DNA from: Candidatus Saccharimonadota bacterium
GTDB taxonomy: Bacteria; Patescibacteriota; Patescibacteriia; 2-12-FULL-60-25
Direction: 5' to 3'
DNA length: 32,000 nt
Assembly (NCBI GenBank): GCA_023898425.1
Contig: CP060222.1
Location: 420,001 to 452,000, forward strand
Shown: piece after piece, positions 28,673 through 32,000 of the stretch
Numbering within the stretch: the stretch's first letter is position 1
Layout: every line of letters starts with the position of its first letter
The notes under the pieces: model-generated
What the model saw: the letters and a program-made list of their open reading frames with translations, nothing else
What the model was told of the DNA's origin: nothing
The model's database searches: none
Position numbers and translations under genes: made by a program

Positions 28673-29798
28673 ATGAATTACCGTGTTGTTTTGATTGTAC
28701 TATCTGTCTTTCTGGCCGTTACCGCAGGCTGGATGTTTACCACTACGGTAAAGGCGCCAGCTATTATCATTTCTCCGCCCGATATTGGTCCAATTACATC
28801 CGTCATCAACACGATGAGCTTAAAAGAAAAGATCTCTCAACTTCTTGTATTGCACGTTTCTGGTAAAAACGGAGTCACTCTTTCAACTTACGTAAAAACC
28901 TATAAACCCGCTGGTCTTATTTTGATGGGGGATAATATTCCAAATAGCATCTCTGAACTTCGTACTCTAACGGAGGATATCCAAAAAAAATACTTCTAAT
29001 GACTTTCCGTATCTCATTGCATCGGATCAAGAAGGTTGTACGGTAAAACGCTTAAAGCAAGACGACTATCTTTGCGCTACGGCATTAGGTAAATCACCCG
29101 TCGCTTCGACAACAGAAGCATTCGCGCAACGCAGTAATCTTTTGCAACAAGGAGGTATCAACGTGAACTTTGGCATTGTGGCAGATATTACGAGTGACCA
29201 AGATTCGTTTATCTACCCACGGGTATTTAGTGGCAATCCTACTATTGCTGGTGATCGTATCAAGGCGGCCGTTGAAGGATCAAAAGGCAAAACGCTTAGC
29301 ACCATCAAACATTTCCCAGGTCATGGCGAAACAGCGGAAAACTCACACTTTTCTATCCCGCAAACGGATATTTCAAAAGAAGCGTGGCTCAAAGGCTCTG
29401 CTATCCCATTTAAAGAGGGGGCAGACGCTGATCTCGTGATGTTTAGTCATCTTATTTACACCAGCGTTGATGATAAACCTGCGACATTATCTAAAGAGTG
29501 GCATCGCATCCTTACAGAGGAATTTGGCTATAAAGGGCTATCCATCACAGACGATATGATTATGCTTCAAGAATCAGACGACCCGACCTATGCTGACCCA
29601 ATCAAAAACGCCATCGATGCTTTAGATGCAGGCAATGATCTTTTACTCTTTGTAAATAATCACGGCAGTAAGAATAGCCAAATCGATATTGAAGCGCTCG
29701 TAACCGGCATTGAAGACGCTGTAAAAGACGGACGATTAAAAGAAAGTGATATAGACGCAAAACTAGAAAGAGTCCTACGCGTTAGGAAAGAGCTTTAA
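28673..29798 (+). CDS. Membrane-anchored or secreted glycoside hydrolase family 3 (NagZ-like beta-N-acetylhexosaminidase), one apparent frameshift
   Basis: Joined from track ORFs 28673..28999 and 29142..29798. Removing one A from the A8 run at 28983-28990 gives ...EDIQKNTSNDFPYLIASDQEGCTVKRL.... GH3 N-domain motifs: SDQEG, NVNFGIVADI, KHFPGHGET, GLSITDDM. N-terminal anchor: VVLIVLSVFLAVTAGWMF. Confidence 0.8.
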
Positions 29799-29806
29799 TT
29801 ACACGT

Positions 29807-29840
29807 ATCATAAAACCGCCCATTCGGGCGGTTTTATGAT
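29807..29840. terminator. Perfect palindromic terminator hairpin, copy 1
   Basis: ATCATAAAACCGCCC-ATTC-GGGCGGTTTTATGAT, with 15-bp arms. It lies between the convergent GH3 gene and 29868..30570. The 30-nt core is the exact reverse complement of 30631-30660. Confidence 0.7.
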
Positions 29841-29867
29841 ACGAACAAAACTATTTATTAGGTTTAG

Positions 29868-30570
29868 CTATTCTGTTGCGACACGGCAAGCGATTATGAA
29901 ATCTGAACCAACTTCACTAACCCGATGAGTTGAGATGGTCAGACTAAGTTGCATAGTTTTACCAGTATTAGCATAAGAGATGATCTTCTTCCAATCTTCT
30001 GGCTCTACATCAGCAGTTGTCACAAATTCTGTGCCACCCTTATTACTACCTAGCCCAAAAAGGAGTTTTTGGTTTTCAACTAAATTGATTGTGTTGCCTT
30101 CTTCTGCCATTCGTTTGTAATGGTCAACAAACAATTGCTGATTATCTGTTGTAGGTGTTGTAACTTCATAAAAAAATCTTATCCACCGTCGCATCTTCTG
30201 GGCCCCAGGGCTCCCTAATAGTCTTTTTAACGATCTTCCCATTAAGTGTCACAGCACCTATCGGCTCATAACCTATGAAGGTAAAAGCATAGGCTAGAGG
30301 TACACTTGAAAGCTCATCACATGAAAGCTCTTCGGGTGTTTGTGGATAGTTGTTAGACGTCTTAGGTTGGATCGCTGGTTCTACGACTTCTGACGCTGGC
30401 TGAATTTGATTTATCATCACACTCATAGAATCTTCTGATGCGTTCAGTCGTCTATCTAGGTACACGTATCCCAAGAGCGTCATTCCAAGGGCGAACAAGA
30501 TAACAAACATCGTTGCCTTTAGAAGGCTTGCATTTGTTGCCGGACGAGAGAGTTTTTTATTGAGTTTCAT
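29868..30570 (-). CDS. Membrane-anchored hypothetical protein (~234 aa), one apparent frameshift
   Basis: Joined from track ORFs 30166..30594 and 29868..30242 at the A7 run 30170-30176 (...DATVDKIFFYEVTTPTTDNQQLF...). The likely start is ATG 30568-30570 (MKLNKKLSRPATNASLLKATMFVILFALGMTLLGYVYL), because the upstream ATG lies inside a TGGTATTAT -10 element (complement of 30585-30593). Confidence 0.6.
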
Positions 30571-30628
30571 AGTGCAATGAGCAGATAATACCATAGTCTA
30601 CAATAAACGATGAAATAATCTTGATGAT

Positions 30629-30662
30629 TACATAAAACCGCCCGAATGGGCGGTTTTATGTA
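30629..30662. terminator. Perfect palindromic terminator hairpin, copy 2 (abuts the 3' end of tRNA-Ser)
   Basis: TACATAAAACCGCCC-GAAT-GGGCGGTTTTATGTA. Read on the minus strand it is identical to copy 1 read on the plus strand, including the ATTC loop. Confidence 0.7.
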
Positions 30663-30753
30663 TGGCGGAGAAGGAGGATTCGAACCCTCGGTACGGTTAA
30701 AGCCGTACGACGGATTTCAAGTCCGTTGCATTCGACCACTCTGCCACCTCTCC
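30663..30753 (-). tRNA. tRNA-Ser (anticodon UGA), class II with long variable arm, CCA encoded
   Basis: Minus strand: GGAGAGG-TG-GCAG-AGTGGTCGAA-TGC-A-ACGGA-CTTGAAA-TCCGT-CGTACGGCTTTAACCGTACC-GAGGG-TTCGAAT-CCTC-CTTCTCC-G-CCA. The 3' T-stem strand is one C short of the CCCTC needed to pair with GAGGG (plus-strand GG at 30676-30677 where GGG is expected). Confidence 0.85.
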
Positions 30754-30774
30754 ATTTGGTGTGATCGTGCGAGC

Positions 30775-30803
30775 ATAATACGCAAAACGACTAAAAAGGA
30801 CAA
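30775..30803 (-). promoter_or_regulatory. Candidate promoter of tRNA-Ser
   Basis: Minus strand: TTGTCC, a 17-nt spacer, TATTAT, then 21 nt to the tRNA 5' end. Confidence 0.4.
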
Positions 30804-30861
30804 GCTGACTCTAATCCCTGACTTCTTATAACAAAATAGCGTCCTAACATGCCGCTTGTGC

Positions 30862-31240
30862 GCTTTCAGTTTTACTTCACCGAATATTTTGATGCGAGGG
30901 ATAACCGAAGTCTATACTCACCCCATTTTGCTTGTTCTGCACGCATTCTATTGTATACCTGAGCTGGATCAATCGCTTCATTTGCCATAACACCATCAAG
31001 TAGCTCATAGAAATATGCTAGCTGCTGTACGATCATCTCGCTTTGGTTGCTTCGAGCAGGCCAATCTAGCTTTTGTCCGGTGGTATCTAGCTTGGCTTCG
31101 AATACGTTTGAATATTTTGCTTCTAAACTCTTCTTGACTTAGCACACGAGCTTCGTGAGCACGACTATCGGCAAATGACGCTAAAATGCCATCCTTGTGA
31201 TCATACCGCTAACCTCCGATTTGAGGTTAGCGGTAAACAT
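30862..31240 (-). pseudogene. Possible small gene in three frames (degraded or error-riddled), unknown function
   Basis: No ORF of 60 aa or more in the track. Hand translation gives MFTANLKSEVSGM.. / ..DHKDGILASFADSRAHEARVLSQE.. / ..SLEAKYSNVFEAKLDTTGQKLDWPARSNQSEMIVQQLAYFYELLDGVMANEAIDPAQVYNRMRAEQAKWGEY...SVK*. These junctions are not at obvious homopolymers, and I recognise no family. Confidence 0.3.
31205..31234. other. Perfect 12-bp inverted repeat (ACCGCTAACCTC-CGATTT-GAGGTTAGCGGT)
   Basis: Seen directly in the sequence. No T-run follows on either strand, so it is not a canonical terminator. It overlaps codons 3-12 of the putative small minus-strand gene. Confidence 0.6.
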
Positions 31241-31296
31241 ATTATTGAACCAGCGTTATAGCATTCATAGTGTTATTATGCTATTATTCCGGCATC

Positions 31297-32000
31297 TATG
31301 CCTTTATTGAAAAAAAGTATACAGAATTTTGTTGCTTGCCCTACTTTGCAATGTATTTCTCCCATCGATGACCTATGCTGCACCTGTCACGATTGCTGGC
31401 TTTGAGATGTCCGGTAACACCGGGAATGAAGTGGCGGTTAACGCTACTGTTAATGACGTAGATTTAGAAACGGCTACTGTTACGCGAGGTTCAGGCATTA
31501 CCGCAACAAATCTCAGTAATGCTTTTTCTGCCAATAACTTTGTTATCGGAGGTACCAAATCAGATGCTTTAACAAACAATGAATATTATGAAGTCTCACT
31601 GCAATCGAAAAATGGCCTGAGTCTTTCTTTGGATCAAATAACTTTCAACATCAGACGAAGTAGCACAGGACCAAATGCATACCAGTGGCAATATAGCCTT
31701 GACGGGTTTGCTACCCCTGGAGTTGATATTGGCGCAGAAGGATCATATACAGATACAGCGACGAACGGCGCTTCTATGACGCCTATTGATTTAACGACAG
31801 AAGCAGATCTTCAAAAAATCCCTGTAGGCCATACGATCACCTTTCGGCTCTATGCTTGGGGAGCAACCGGAGGACCTGGAACATTCGCTATCGGACGACA
31901 GATTGGTGATGATTTGGCTTTTGTTGGTACGCTAGGGTCTGGAGCGCTGGCTTCGTTCGAGCCACAAGGTCTCGATGGGGATGAACCATCTTTAGCGGCA
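31297..32000 (+). CDS. Secreted protein with repeated ~200-aa modules, partial (continues past the right edge); one apparent frameshift in the signal-peptide region
   Basis: Absent from the track because there is no stop. ATG 31297 gives MPLLKK, and removing one A from the A7 run at 31309-31315 joins it to VYRILLLALLCNVFLPSMTYA/APVTIAGFEMSGNTGNEVAVNA...FRLYAWGATGGPGTFAI.... A second module appears to begin at ...LASFEPQGLDGDEPSLAA. TGTTATTAT lies at 31270-31278. Confidence 0.65.

Noticed and set aside
30646-30831. 61-aa plus-strand ORF
   Set aside because: It overlaps the well-formed tRNA-Ser gene and its promoter on the opposite strand, so it is spurious.
5374-31315. Programmed ribosomal frameshifting as the explanation for the split genes
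   Set aside because: There are too many sites, with both +1 and -1 corrections, and they lack a shared slippery heptamer plus downstream structure. A non-coding tRNA carries the same kind of 1-nt run defect.
1-32000. Alternative genetic code (e.g. UGA or UAA reassignment, as in some candidate phyla)
   Set aside because: topA, der, the LCP gene and virB4 read full-length under the standard code. TAA, TAG and TGA all appear at sensible gene ends, for example TGA at comFC. The single in-frame TAA in pth sits at a homopolymer boundary in a window full of homopolymer defects.
1-32000. CRISPR arrays, rRNA genes, transposases or integrases
   Set aside because: I saw no regularly spaced short direct repeats, no rRNA-like sequence, and no ORF with recognisable DDE, tyrosine- or serine-recombinase motifs. 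The only repeats are the pth-5' duplication and the paired terminator hairpins.

Overview
This 32-kb window has moderate GC by eye (not computed) and is densely packed with short or overlapping gene junctions. It looks like a small-genome, Gram-positive-type bacterium, possibly Patescibacteria/CPR-like, but that placement is only an inference. The left third (1-9447) is mostly a minus-strand housekeeping run: rel (partial), then LCP-der-pth-dprA-topA. The middle (9593-18526, plus strand) is a compact type IV secretion-like module. It contains a giant VirB6-like membrane protein, a repeat-module protein, a PrgI/VirB3-like protein, a stand-alone copy of the VirB4 N-domain, a VirB4 ATPase, a membrane-anchored candidate VirB8 analogue, and ComFC. 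No relaxase, coupling protein, pilin or integrase is visible. The right third (20148-29798) is a secreted cell-envelope locus. It holds two tandem paralogous beta-helix proteins of about 1100 aa and an M23 peptidase, all three sharing the same uncharacterised C-terminal module, followed by a methyltransferase and a GH3 NagZ-like hydrolase. After that come a tRNA-Ser(UGA), a small cassette bracketed by identical palindromic terminators, and a partial secreted repeat protein. One caveat affects the whole window. At least 18 reading-frame breaks, one in-frame stop and a 1-nt defect in the tRNA T-stem occur, nearly all at homopolymer runs. Many six-frame ORFs are therefore fragments of longer genes, and I joined them by hand translation. 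Assembly indel error is the simplest explanation, with phase variation or gene decay as alternatives. No CRISPR array, rRNA or recognisable transposase was found.
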